DNA of 64,000 bases from Podarcis gaigeae. Taxonomy: Eukaryota. The translations under genes and the position numbers were made by a program. The stretch lies in NCBI GenBank assembly GCA_964106915.2, contig OZ066918.1. One strand, given 5' to 3'. Below, in pieces: positions 23,011-35,300 of this stretch; the stretch's first letter is position 1; each line of letters starts with the position of its first letter. The notes beneath the pieces are model-generated. The model was given only the letters and a program-made list of their open reading frames with translations. It had not been told where the DNA came from and made no database searches.

Positions 23011-26000
23011 ATGGACTGGGCTGGGAAACATAATGGTCCAAATGATTCATCTAGTGATGGAACAGTACGATTGCGTGGTCTGCCATTTGGCTGCAGCAAG
23101 GAGGAGATCGTTCAGTTCTTTCAAGGTAGCTCTAGTGTTAATGTCAAGTGACTTTCAGTGTTTCTATGTCTGCAAGATTGATATTTGAAATAGTTTAATT
23201 TATATTGACTATTTCAGGGGGGAGGGGGGAATCAGTTTAACATTTAGATTGCTAATTTTTGGTATTCTGTGTTAAAATACTACTAATCAAGAGATTGCAT
23301 TGGCAGTGTAGGATATAAAATTTACCCATTTAGATACCTTGCTATGAATCAGAATTTGGAGTATGTAGTTATTACATCATGCAATATAGGAGGGCCTTTG
23401 TGATGTAGCTGTTGCTGTGTAGTCTGAACAAAGAGACAGTAATAGAATGTCTAAACCCATAAAGTTTAATGAAAGATCTTTACCGTGTGTATTTGGGTTA
23501 GGTAGGGGAGGGGGAAGCTAAGCTATGTTCTTGCATTTGTGTAGATTTGCTTTAAGTATTTTCTACAGATGGGAATGTTTCAGACTNNNNNNNNNNNNNN
23601 NNNNNNNNNNNNNNNNNNNNNNNNNNNNNNNNNNNNNNNNNNNNNNNNNNNNNNNNNNNNNNNNNNNNNNNNNNNNNNNNNNNNNNNNNNNNNNNNNNNN
23701 NNNNNNNNNNNNNNNNNNNNNNNNNNNNNNNNNNNNNNNNNNNNNNNNNNNNNNNNNNNNNNNNNNNNNNNNNNNNNNNNNNNNNNNNNNNNNNNNNNNN
23801 NNNNNNGGTTGGGGGTCAGTTTTGCTTTTGGGGGGTTGGGGAGCATAAAGTAACTGGCTATTTAAAAACAACAACCTTACAATCACCCTAAGTAACTTGG
23901 GAAGTATAGTAGATTTGGTGGGAGGGGGAAATGGTAATACTATGTAGATTGCTAAAATTAGGATATTTCAATTTTTGTGGAGGGTGTTCTATGATAGCCA
24001 GACATTTTTCAAAGAATTTATTACTGGGGCAGGGGGGAGTGTGATTCAGAAATTTGTTGTATTTAAAATGCGTTTAGAATTCCTAGACAGTAAAATATAT
24101 AACTTAAAATGCTTGCTTTTGCATTTACATTTCCTAAAATTTAAGTGACACTTGAAAAAACAGGGTACACTTTTATTGAAAGTGTATCTAGATATAGAAT
24201 TCAGAGCATTTGTGCAACTTGTTACTGTATTTTTTTACCAGACATCACATATGTGTATTCTTACTTTTGTACATTGAAAATCTTTTTTTACTCAGATATA
24301 TTGAGATCTTCAAAAGTAGTAAGAGTGAAATCCGAGGATTCTATGACCCACCACGAAGAATGATGGGACAGCGACCTGGACCCTATGATAGACCAATGGG
24401 AGGAAGAGGGGGTTATTATGGAGCTGGGCGTGGAAGTATGTATGACAGAATGCGTCGAGGAGGTGGTGGATATGACGGTGGTATGTGTATCTAATGACCA
24501 CAGGCTCTTGTCATTTTCACGTTCCTGACGTTTTGTCAAGAAATACAGAAATGACAGTAATTATAATACATACCAAGTCTGAAATCTGGATACCTATCAG
24601 TTTTTTTACCAGCCGTGTGACTAAAGATTGAAAAGGTATGGAGAGGCATCTGAAATGAGATTTTAAATGTGGATGAAACTTGGTTTGCATGTCTTTGAGC
24701 CTGACAACTTTATAAATAGAAATTTGCTTATATATTTGATGTCAAGAGGTACTGATTATATGCACAGTGATAACAGCTGAATTTTAAAAAGACCGTTTCA
24801 TGGTATGTCCACTTCTTAAATCTCACAGGATATGGTGGCTTTGATGAGTATGGTGGCTATAACAATTATGGCTATGGAAATGATGGCTATGATGACAGAA
24901 TGAGAGATGGTAGAGGTAAGATTTAAAAGTTTTATAGTATTGTTCCTCAACCATCAGGCCGTCTCACTGGCTCCCAAGGCAAAGAAAAAAGAACCACTTT
25001 TTTATTGTTAAGTAGGGTATTTTTTAGAGCTGAGGGGTTGTTTTGAATTCCTCAGGTTATTTTGAAGTTGGAGAAATACTGTGCACTGCTTTAAAATTGT
25101 CAGTCCCAGCATGTGAGCACAGTGGTATCTCGGTTTTCGAATGTAATCTGTTCCGGGAGTCTGTTCGAGTTCCGAAACGTTCGAAAACTGAAAGCAGAAG
25201 CCTCAATACGGAAGCCACGTTTCCTGTTCAACTTCTGAGGCGCATTCAAAAACTGAGGCATTTACTTCTGGGTTTTCAGCATTCGTGTTCCAAAATGTTT
25301 TGACTATGGAGGCATTCAAAACTGAGGTACCACTGTAGTTGGAAACCTACTGTTTTACATGTCAGAATGGGAGGGGGGTAATTATTTGGCATGGAAGGAA
25401 CCAAAAAAGTCCTAGTTAAACCAGAGTAGGATATTTCTAGTGTATAACCTAGTACAATTTCAAGGGGGAGTAAACACATATTGGGAATGCATGTGCACAA
25501 CTTTATTAAATCATACATTTATTGAATCTTTTGTGTTTTAGGAATGGGAGGCCACGGCTATGGTGGAGCAGGAGATGCTAGCTCAGGCTTTCATGGTGGT
25601 CACTTTGTTCACATGAGAGGACTGCCATTTCGAGCAACAGAAAACGATATTGCCAATGTAAGCATTATAGACGAATATTCCTGGTTGAAACAAAGATCTT
25701 AAAGAGTTTAAGAACCTGGTCTGACTCTTTAACAATCAAAGTAGTTACTGTTGCAGCAGCAACAGACGGGCTCAACTTTAAAGTAGTTCCTGAAGATATG
25801 ATGAAATTACTGTAATGCTCTAAAGGCTATTTTTTCAAAATAATTTATAGCAATTGAGATGCAATCAGGGTATTTTAATTTTAAAAAAACCTTGGGTTCA
25901 ATATAAATTATAGCAGCTGCAGCTGCAAATGATCTGTAATCTTCAAATGGGGAGAAACGTAACAGCTAAGCCGAATGTGGTCAGGGTGTACTAATAGATC

Positions 26001-27452
26001 ACTTGATGACTTGCAGTAAATCAGCAAGTATTTCTGACTGCTGTCAACTGCAGTGACTATGTAGATTAGAAAAGATGGCAAATTATTTTTTAATGATAGT
26101 AGCTCAAAACAAATAAGTAAAAACTGAAGGTTTGCATCATTAGTGTAAATGCAGGCAGGAGTGTGACATCCCGGATAAAGCATGTGAAATGGTTGTTATA
26201 TGCTTAAGATAACTGTTGTTTCAATATGAGAAAGTTCCTGCAAGTGGTAACTTACTATTGCTCACTTTTAGTTTTTCTCACCATTGACACCTATAAGAGT
26301 TCACATTGACATTGGAGCAGATGGAAGAGCAACAGGAGAAGCAGATGTAGAATTTGTAACACACGAAGATGCAGTGACTGCCATGTTGAAAGATAAAAAT
26401 CATATGCGTAAGTTATAGCAAACATTGGAGCAGTTGAAAGCTCAGGATTGCTGCCTTTGTAGTTCATTGAATATCCAAGCTTGCTTGCATATTTTATTTA
26501 GTTTTAATTTCCACTTAACAGCTGATTTTTCAAAAAATCCAAGAAAGGAAGCAATCTTTCATGTTACATGAAATGCTAACATAGACAATCCAGTATCACT
26601 TCTTTTGGATTAGCATGCCTGAGCTTTACATGTCTTAAGAATGTTGTTTAAAAGATTTGATTACATCAGAGTTTTTAAAGAAGTCTATACTTGCAAGTAT
26701 TGAACAAGTTGTTCACGGAGCCACATCTGCTGACCTTTCAACCCTTTCTTGAGTATCCATTTGCATGGAAAGGTGCTATAGTCTATTCAGTGTGCCTGGC
26801 AGAAAGCACTTTGTAAATTACTCCCTTGCTGCATGTACATAATTATGAATCCACATTAATTACCTTTTCAGTTATGGGTGTTTATTTCTTTTGTTTGTTT
26901 GTTTTAAAGAACATCGATACATTGAGCTGTTCCTTAATTCAACTGCTGGAGGTGGTTCTGGAATGGGAGGTTACGGCAGAGATGGAATGGGTATGCTTGA
27001 TTTTACATTTTTAATTCAAACTTTTAATTCAAAGATAACTTTTATCTAGCCTCTGGATATTCTAACCACAGTGAACATTGTTTTCTAGATCAAGTTGGTT
27101 ATGGTTCTGTTGGAAGAATGGGAATGGGCAGCAGTTATAGCGGAGGATATGGTACTCCTGATGGCTTGGGTGGCTATGGTAAGTCTTAAGTAGGTAGGCA
27201 AACAGTTTATAATGCGAAAGTTCATTGTCTTATAAAGTATTTGTTAACACGGGAACAAGAATGCTGTATCGTTTGCATGCACAGAAACCATATAGAGAAA
27301 GAGTTGCATGCTAATGATGAAGTTCGTGTGTATTTCATTTTAAACAAATGTGGGGTAACTATTGTTACTTTCTAGGTCGTGGCAGTGGAAATAGCGGTGG
27401 ATACTATGGACAAGGCAACATGGGAGGCGGTGGATGGCGTGGAATGTATTGA
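23011..27452 (+). CDS. HNRNPH3: Heterogeneous nuclear ribonucleoprotein H3 (2H9), about 341 aa; one coding exon hidden in the assembly gap
   Basis: Exons: 23011-23125 ([38 protein letters not shown]), [139-nt exon expected within the gap 23587-23806], 24296-24480 (YIEIFKSS...QRPGPYDRP), 24829-24915, 25542-25657 ([19 protein letters not shown]), 26272-26407 (FFSPL...GEADVEF), 26910-26990 ([10 protein letters not shown]), 27089-27178, 27376-27452 (GGGGWRGMY*). The visible exons sum to 887 nt; adding 139 nt gives 1026 nt in frame. Two qRRMs and GYG-rich low-complexity regions. Confidence 0.96.
23587..23806. other. Assembly gap (220 N)
   Basis: Run of N in the sequence. Confidence 1.
25120..25335. 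mobile_element. Tigger-like MITE in an HNRNPH3 intron
   Basis: CAGTGGTATCTCGGTTTTCGAA ... AAACTGAGGTACCACTG|TA. Confidence 0.8.
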
Positions 27453-27652
27453 AGAGTGGCATTGTGTCTGTGAAGCATATTGGAAGGAAACAGTACCTGG
27501 TCTACTAGACTTTCTTACAAAACTTAATTTCTTTTGTATTGAAAACTTTATAATGACTGAAGGAATGTGTTTTCCCATTATTTGGTAAGCAACAGATTGT
27601 GATGGGGAAATCTGTGTTCTGTAGGTTTTATTTGTTGCATACTCTGACTTTA

Positions 27653-27658
27653 AATAAA
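27653..27658 (+). terminator. Candidate proximal polyadenylation signal of HNRNPH3
   Basis: AATAAA about 200 nt after the stop codon. Further AATAAA hexamers occur at about 27797 and 28461. Confidence 0.55.
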
Positions 27659-28600
27659 TTTTTTATATTCAAACCACTGATGTTGATACTTTTTATACTA
27701 GCTGCTCCTAAAGGTATGTTCCATATTCCAAAACTGTTCATTTAAGATATTTGGTTCATTAAAGCAGTTATGCTGTAGGTTCTCTTATTGATGTAAAATA
27801 AAACCACCATCAAACTGGTACTAGTACGTTTGTTGAGATTTGAAATGAAAGCATAGGGTAACATCTTTTAATTAATCTGATACAATCCCCTTGTCAGTGA
27901 AGACTTCCCTTACCAGAATGTCCCAAGACTGTGCTGGGCATGAAGGCCATGAGTTCAGGAATGACCTAATGCACAACTGCTATATAAAAACCCAGTTGAT
28001 GTATGCATGTCACAAATCTCACCCTTAAAGTATATTAGTCTTTATACTCCTCTCCTTGGCAATCACATTTTTTGATGAGTGAACAAGAGAGTATTATTTT
28101 AGTAACATCCATAGAGAAGTAGGCAACTATTTAATTTCCTAGAAATCTTAAAAGGCTACTCCTCTGGCTGAAGGCTCCTGTTTAAGGACTAAGAAACTTG
28201 CCCAGCAGTCAGACATAGAGACCTTGGCAAATTATGAGATTACACAAATATGTAGTCCTCTTACTGTGCATTAACATGTAAGATTTTTGGATTAATTACT
28301 GTTAAGACACTTTAAAGCATTCTCTGTGTATCAGGAAAGGGTACTAAATATTCAAGTTTTCTTCATTTCAACTGCTTGTCCTCCAAATTCTTCCCAATAA
28401 TTTGTCAAATGTGATTATTGAAAGTTTGTTGCCTGTTTTTGATAGTAATGTTATGTATGTAATAAATGTCTTATTGTGGGAGATAGCAAAATAGACTCCA
28501 TTCTAGGAAGTGTGTGTTGTGTCAATTTATCTGAGATGTATATAAACTAAGGAGCAAGATGATGTATTTCAAAGGCTACTTTTTCACAGCTTTGCATGTA

Positions 28601-28856
28601 CAGTGGTACCTCTAGATGCGAACAGGATCCGTTCCGGAGCCCCATTCGCATCTAGAAGCAAACGTAACTAGCAACAGCATGTCTGAGCGTGCGTAGCTCT
28701 TCGCTGCTTCTGCCCATGTGCGTGACGTCATTTTGAGCGTCTGCACATGCGCAAGCAGTGAAACCCGGAAGTAATGTGCTCCGTTACTTCCGGGTTGCTG
28801 CGGAGCGCAACTTGAACGTGCTCATCCTGAAGCACATTCAACCCGAGGTATGACTG
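28601..28856. mobile_element. Tigger-like MITE between the convergent HNRNPH3 and RUFY2 3' ends
   Basis: TA|CAGTGGTACCTC ... GAGGTATGACTG|TA. Confidence 0.82.
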
Positions 28857-31800
28857 TAAAGGCAACACAGGAAGCTTTTTAGGTTTTGACACATCTCAAA
28901 AACTCAAGACATTGTTCACTTTAAAACATTCAAAGTGTTTTTTTACCAAGTTTGCTCTGCTACTGCAGTCTATGCTATTGCTATGCTGGAGCGGTGCTTT
29001 GCAGAAGCATGAATCAGATGTGGAGAGGCTGTTGCATTAAAAGGAGATGGGTTAATAACAAGCAACGGTTAAACAAAAGGGGTGGGAAAGAGAATTGTTA
29101 ACTAGTTCAATCAAAATGCTTAAATGGTGTGTCAGAGCCATGACTTTTTCTCAGTATAGATGTTCACCCTAAATCAGCTGCGGGGAACCTTTGGTAGTTC
29201 AGTAAAATCTGTGGCCTTCCAGAAGTTTGTGGACTCCCAAATACCATCAGCCGTAGCCAACAGGGCCAGTGATTAATGCAAAGGTATACATAGGTCCTTA
29301 TGATTAATTGACAATTATTCTAGGTATACTAGCTGCCTCAGAGTAACAGTAGTTACACACAAGATAAATAAATGAACTCCGCATTCATTCCAAGGCCTGC
29401 TGAAAATTTCTCAAATATTTAATTTTTCCAAACCACAAGATTACAAACATTCGTATTTAAAGTTACAAAAATTTCATGTTAAAACTTACAAAAGCTGTAC
29501 TAGTCAATAAATTCTTGGCACACATGCACCATTAATATTGAAAGCTTGTTCTGAAATAGCTAAATCTCTAGTGGCAGGAATGATAGAAATTTTGTTGAAA
29601 AAAGGCAAGTCTAATCTCATCTCTGTTTCTACTAGGGTGAGTAAGACGTTAAAAAAACCTGTCCATTAAGACCCCAGCAAGTAGTCAATACTTCACATCT
29701 GCCATACTAGTGTTAATTGGAATGGAAAAGTAACTTATGGTGGGTGCTGTGAGTTTGAAAATGGATTCTCAATGCCACTAAAATCTATGGGGTTTTTTGT
29801 GTGGAAGAAATAGTTCTAAGATTAAAGCAAGAAAAGGCTATTTGATTATCTTAAATTTATGGTACTCATGCTAAGCACTAAAATGTGTCAGTTCGGCACT
29901 GTTAGTGTATTTTTAATTTACCATTTGGTAAATATGGACAAACACTGGAAGAAAAGGAATTTCTGTCAAATAGAACAGCTTTCTAGTATAAAAAACACAG
30001 AGCATTTCTTGCCTACCTTTTTTGTGGATGCGTTCCAGTCTTGAAATACTATCACATAGTTTGGAAATTAATAAAACTTTGGGATTAGGCACAACATATT
30101 TCTCAGAATCCTATCAAATGGCCATAGGCTTTCATCTCTGAAACAGGTTAGCTAGAATGCTGATGGAAAAGTTGCCCTTTTGAACTGAACATGTTAAATA
30201 TATTCCAGGCTAACAGCAGTTTGAGTAAGTGGCTAGTAATCAGAACTTTGTAGTATTGTGGTTCTTTTATTGTGCTTTCTGTACCTGATGGGAATTGAGA
30301 GTAGGTTTAGGGTCAACTTTGAGGAATACCACTAGTATAGGATTAAACAGGCTGCATAGGAATCCTGTATGTTAACAACTCTTATATGGCATACAAAAAT
30401 TCAGCATACACAGTACACCTTCATGGTGAAATTGACAGCAGAAGGTACAGTTTCAGCTGCTGAATTTCCCTATATACTGCTGAAGATACAGAAGCCTTTC
30501 CAAAGAAAGAAGATGAACAAGTATTTTCCTGTCGGGATACCTCTTCCCAGGTTAAAGCAAGTAAAGACCTCCTGATGATCTTAAATTTGTGGTACTGAAG
30601 TGCTGTAGACACAAAAATGCCCCCTTTGCAGCTCAAGGCTGCTTGCTGTCACTGCCACCACCATTTCCTCTTTAGGCTTCGTTTTGTGCAGGGGTCTATC
30701 TTGAAGATGAAAGAAAAATCTCAAACAAAGGGTGAATTTAATGTTTCCCCTCTATTCCAGCTGTACCAGATGTACATATCAAATCAAATGGCACAAATAA
30801 TCCCATCCAGGGCTTGTATTGATGTGTTTTATTACATTTAGCACACAGGTTTGCTATGCTTGTTAGTCTAACAAGTCATTTCCTGTCTCAAAGGTTAATG
30901 AGAATAGGTGGTTTGCTTGTAAACAGAATTAGTAATTAGGCATAAGTATACAATATGCCCTTCAAAGTACAAATTCTACCTTGTTGTATGAAAAGCCTCC
31001 TTTAAGTTTCAGTGTGCATGTGAACTTACTAAGTACAGTCACACATTACAGTAACGTACTTAAAGCATTTTTTATTGTGTAGGTATTCTTAATTCTGCTT
31101 TAAGTTTTATACCTTTTAGAAAATCATCTAATGTGTTATCAACTGAACTTCAGCAATACAAATCTCTTAATTACCCCAATTTTTCTGTATATATCATTTC
31201 CTCACGCCCCAACTTCAGGTAGTCCGGTAGAAATATATAGAGAACTCTTAACTTTGCTGATTTGTATTATTTTTCAGGCCATTTAGTTAAAAAAGATCTT
31301 ATTTCTGACAAAGTAAAGAAAAAAGCAAGTATCAAGTTGGCCAGTATCCTTTAACTACTCTTCCACACAGTATTTATTTAATACATTTTATAACTGCTGT
31401 TCTACAGCATTCCATGGGGATAACTAAAGAACTTCTTTCTGAAATCCCTAACAAGTTTATTCACACCTGAACCTCAAAACAGAGGTTATGATGAAAGCAC
31501 TACACACATTCCATGATCCCCTTCAGGATATTCTTTCCATTCCACACCTGGCCTGCCTTCTGCTAGTTCCTCTTCAAAAGCCCTGTGCACAATATGCAAG
31601 TCAGGTACTTAAAGAGCTGCCTGACAAAGTTCTTTCAGGAAGTCCAGTGATGCAAAAAACCCTGCTTGCCTTCTCATTCTTCTAACTAAGCTACCACATG
31701 CATATTGAAACTGCTGCACTAACAAGGCTAGAAACTTAATCTTACATCTAGGGATAATGTCCAAGAAAGCCAATTTATGTCACCAGAAATATATGAAGTA

Positions 31801-32355
31801 GCTGCATTTACTTATATGTAATCTTCCCAATTCTGCATTTAAATGGCTTTTGTGGGGAGGGCCATGAAACATACAAAGCTGCAGAAGATGCTGAACCTCA
31901 GCTCAACCCTTAAAAGCCCTGTCCAGCTCCTTTGACTTCTAAGCTACAGTGTCCCCTGCCAACCTGTTCCCAAACTAAGAACCTTTTAAAAGTAATCTGA
32001 AACTGCAAAACTCTGCACTTGGTCCTGGAATGGTCCATCTGCATGATAAAATGGCAAATGCTGGGAATACAAAACATTCTGCCTATATCCTTTTACGATG
32101 AACAATAAAGTGTGTTGCACAAGCAGATGCATTTATAAAATCAGGCATATCAATTGCTACATTAGCAGAACCTCGCATAATATGACATGCTGCCACTGCA
32201 GGAATATCACAATGGCACAAAGATTTAAGATTGGCTGTTTAGATTTTGACAATACAAAAGCATTGGCCAGCGCTGCAGGAGTTTATACTGTAATGTTACA
32301 GCTCTTACCACTGTAGTGAAGTAACAACATTTTAGAAATCTTCTGTAGATGACTC

Positions 32356-35300
32356 TTATGGCACACTGGAAGAACACCTCTGTATGAGCAGTGCATGGCA
32401 GGAATCACAAACCCTTACAGGCTTTGGCGAAGATGGCAAAGGCAGTTCGTTGTCAGAGCAGGCATTACAGAAAATTTCGCCGCAGTTTCTACAGTGATGC
32501 TAAATCAAGATGGGTAGGGGTGGGGAAAAGAAACCCGAAGGAGATTTTGAAATCAACAGTTTATGAAGTAAATAGAGGGTAATCAGCTACAATTAAACAT
32601 TTACATACATCTATATATTTATTTCTCCCTCTTCCCCCACAGCCCCTAGAAGCTAAATTTCACATTTTATGTGAGGAGGGATCATGTCAGCCGGTGACTT
32701 GTTCATTATGAATGGAAAATAAGCAAGTTTAATGGTTACCTGAACATTCTATTATTGGATCAGAGTTTGTGCTATTTGTTGCAATATTTGTAACAAAAAA
32801 AAAAGATTTAGTTTGAACCAAATGATCTGTGGGGTTAACTATGAAAATAGTAATGTTTTGTTTTTTTAACTGATAGTGATTGATGAGGTTTAGTGCACAT
32901 GCATAAATAAAAATGTGATTAAGTATTGGTAAATAACAGAACTTTGATACAGAACTTGTTAGTGGATGAAAGCCAATGAAGCTTTTCATGCATTCTCACC
33001 TTCCTTCTGGAAAGCGAAAACTCCTTTTCACATAATTTGCAGTGTGTAGCTTCTTTGTCCTTTAGCCAGACCTGTCCCTAGTGGGGAGAAAAAATGTTCT
33101 CTGAATAGAACAGGTACCATACATACAATTTATCTAATCATAAATGACAGTTGCCATTCAGGTATACAAAAGGACAACATTCCTCAGGATATTACAAGAG
33201 ACAACTCATCTTAGTTCCAACTCCTTACCCAGCCTACCATCAAGAAATCTTTCACATCAATGCATCTGTGGCCAACGCCCTGCACATTAGAGAGGATCCT
33301 AAGGAGCACAGTAGGACACACAGTTTAAGGCACTGAGCAGGATACCACAGAACATGAAATGTAGATGCACACTGTATGGAAAGATGGGTATGGGTGGATA
33401 AGCTGTCTTTCAGGCAACTTGTCTGCCCTTGTAGATCCTGCTGTCGTGGAACCCCAAAGGACAGAGTTTGAAACCTACCACTCCTAACAGTGCAATCCTA
33501 CACATGACTACTCAGAAATAAGTCCTACTATTTTCAGGTTAATGGGTACAGCATCATAGCCAAGCAGAAAATTAAGCACAAGTGATTATCAAGATCACAA
33601 ACTAAGCTAGTGTTAGAACAGAAGAAAACTAGAATTTGGGAGCCTCCCTACAATATTCTTGAAAGATGAGTTTGTGATTCTTCCTGTCTCTTAAAATTGA
33701 AAATCACTAAAAGTCATCTTACAGAGCACACCTTGACCATAAAAGGGGGGTGTCCCCAAGCCTGGAGATGTCAGCATAATACAGGAATTTTGTTGTAAAC
33801 GGTAGGTGTAATCTATGGTGGATAAATTCTGGCAGGTGACCTCGAGGCACTGTAGCTGTTGAACCAGTGAATGATCCACTAGTAGTTCTGCTAGGACACA
33901 GGGCCTTTATCAAGAGATTGCTTCAGTCTTGATACTCTTTGTTAGTAGTGGTGAAAGTGAAAAGACTGACTGCTAGAGGGTCTGACTATTGGCTTGTGGC
34001 TTTCCAAAATATGTGAGAGTCTAAGGCTGTGGGTTACTGAGAAGAAAAGAGGAAGTCTGTAACTTTATAATTCTTATGGTCTCAAATTAAGCCCATCTTT
34101 CAGATTCAATAGCTGATACTGATATGAGAAAATAAAATAGAGCGTGGACTCCACTTAGACCACTAGTCTTCAACTGATCAGGGTCACAGCCTGATCCAAG
34201 CTGGGTCACAACAGGCGCACTACCACCAGATTAAGAAATGGGTCCCCAAATGCATGTTTGAGTTAGAAGAGGGTCCTGGGTCTGAAAAAGTTGAAAACAC
34301 CTGACTTAGACTATTAAACACTGACATGTATTTTGTTGATACATGATGTATGTGGAATGATGTAGAGTTACATTCTAATTTACTGATTAAAAGCACAAAA
34401 ATTTACAGCTAGGAAATGAAGCACACCGACAGAATAGACAGGCCCAGTGAAACAATAAACACTAATGGTTAATGGTTAAAATTTACACTATAATTTGAAA
34501 GGTTAACTACCCGTTAGCTTATAGATTGGAGTGAAGTATATAATACAGAATGTCTGAAATGAATAGAAGAATTAGTCTGGATGCCCCTCCCCACCTTCCA
34601 AATTACTAACCTGCAATGTTTTATTTGCTTCTTTTATATCTTCTATTTTAAGCTTTGATCTAAAGAGAAGATATGTGAATAATAGTGTGAATAATTAAAT
34701 GCACCTGTTTTTCAGGGGGGATAAACATGACTGGATTGAAGGAAGTGTGTAGAAGTCCACACTTCCTTCAACCCAACATGTATCTGTAGACACAGACTCT
34801 TTCAACACAAACACCTTGCCTTTCTCCCCAACTTCCTTCACTTCTGCCTCCATGCACCTCCCTGTAAGGAAGATGTGCTCAAGAGGATAGGAAAAACTTA
34901 CAGATGGCCTTCATTTACAAGACAACTTATGTTTCATTGGTTCCCAATTTTCACACCTGGACCTCAAAAAACATTTCTGGAATTGAAATCCATCGTTACT
35001 AGAAAAGTAAGTCATGTTCATTTCACATACCCCTATCCAGACACAGGACTCATGTGGGATCTATACCCGTGCTGGGTAATGAAAGACACAATCCCATATA
35101 AGCCCTGCATCTGTTTATGATTTGTAGATGAGAAAGCGAGGATACTTCCAATGAGAAGCAGAGCCTTTGCAGCAATTGGCTTTGGTTTTATCTCCCTGAA
35201 AGAGTCTAGAGCTGCTGTTCCTTCAGTGGCTTTTCCAAGATGCAAAGAAATCCTCTCTGTAAGAAACCTTGGCACTTACTTGCTAATGAAGGTCAAAGCC

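Noticed and set aside
23525-23886. ORFs spanning the N run
   Set aside because: Artefacts of the assembly gap.
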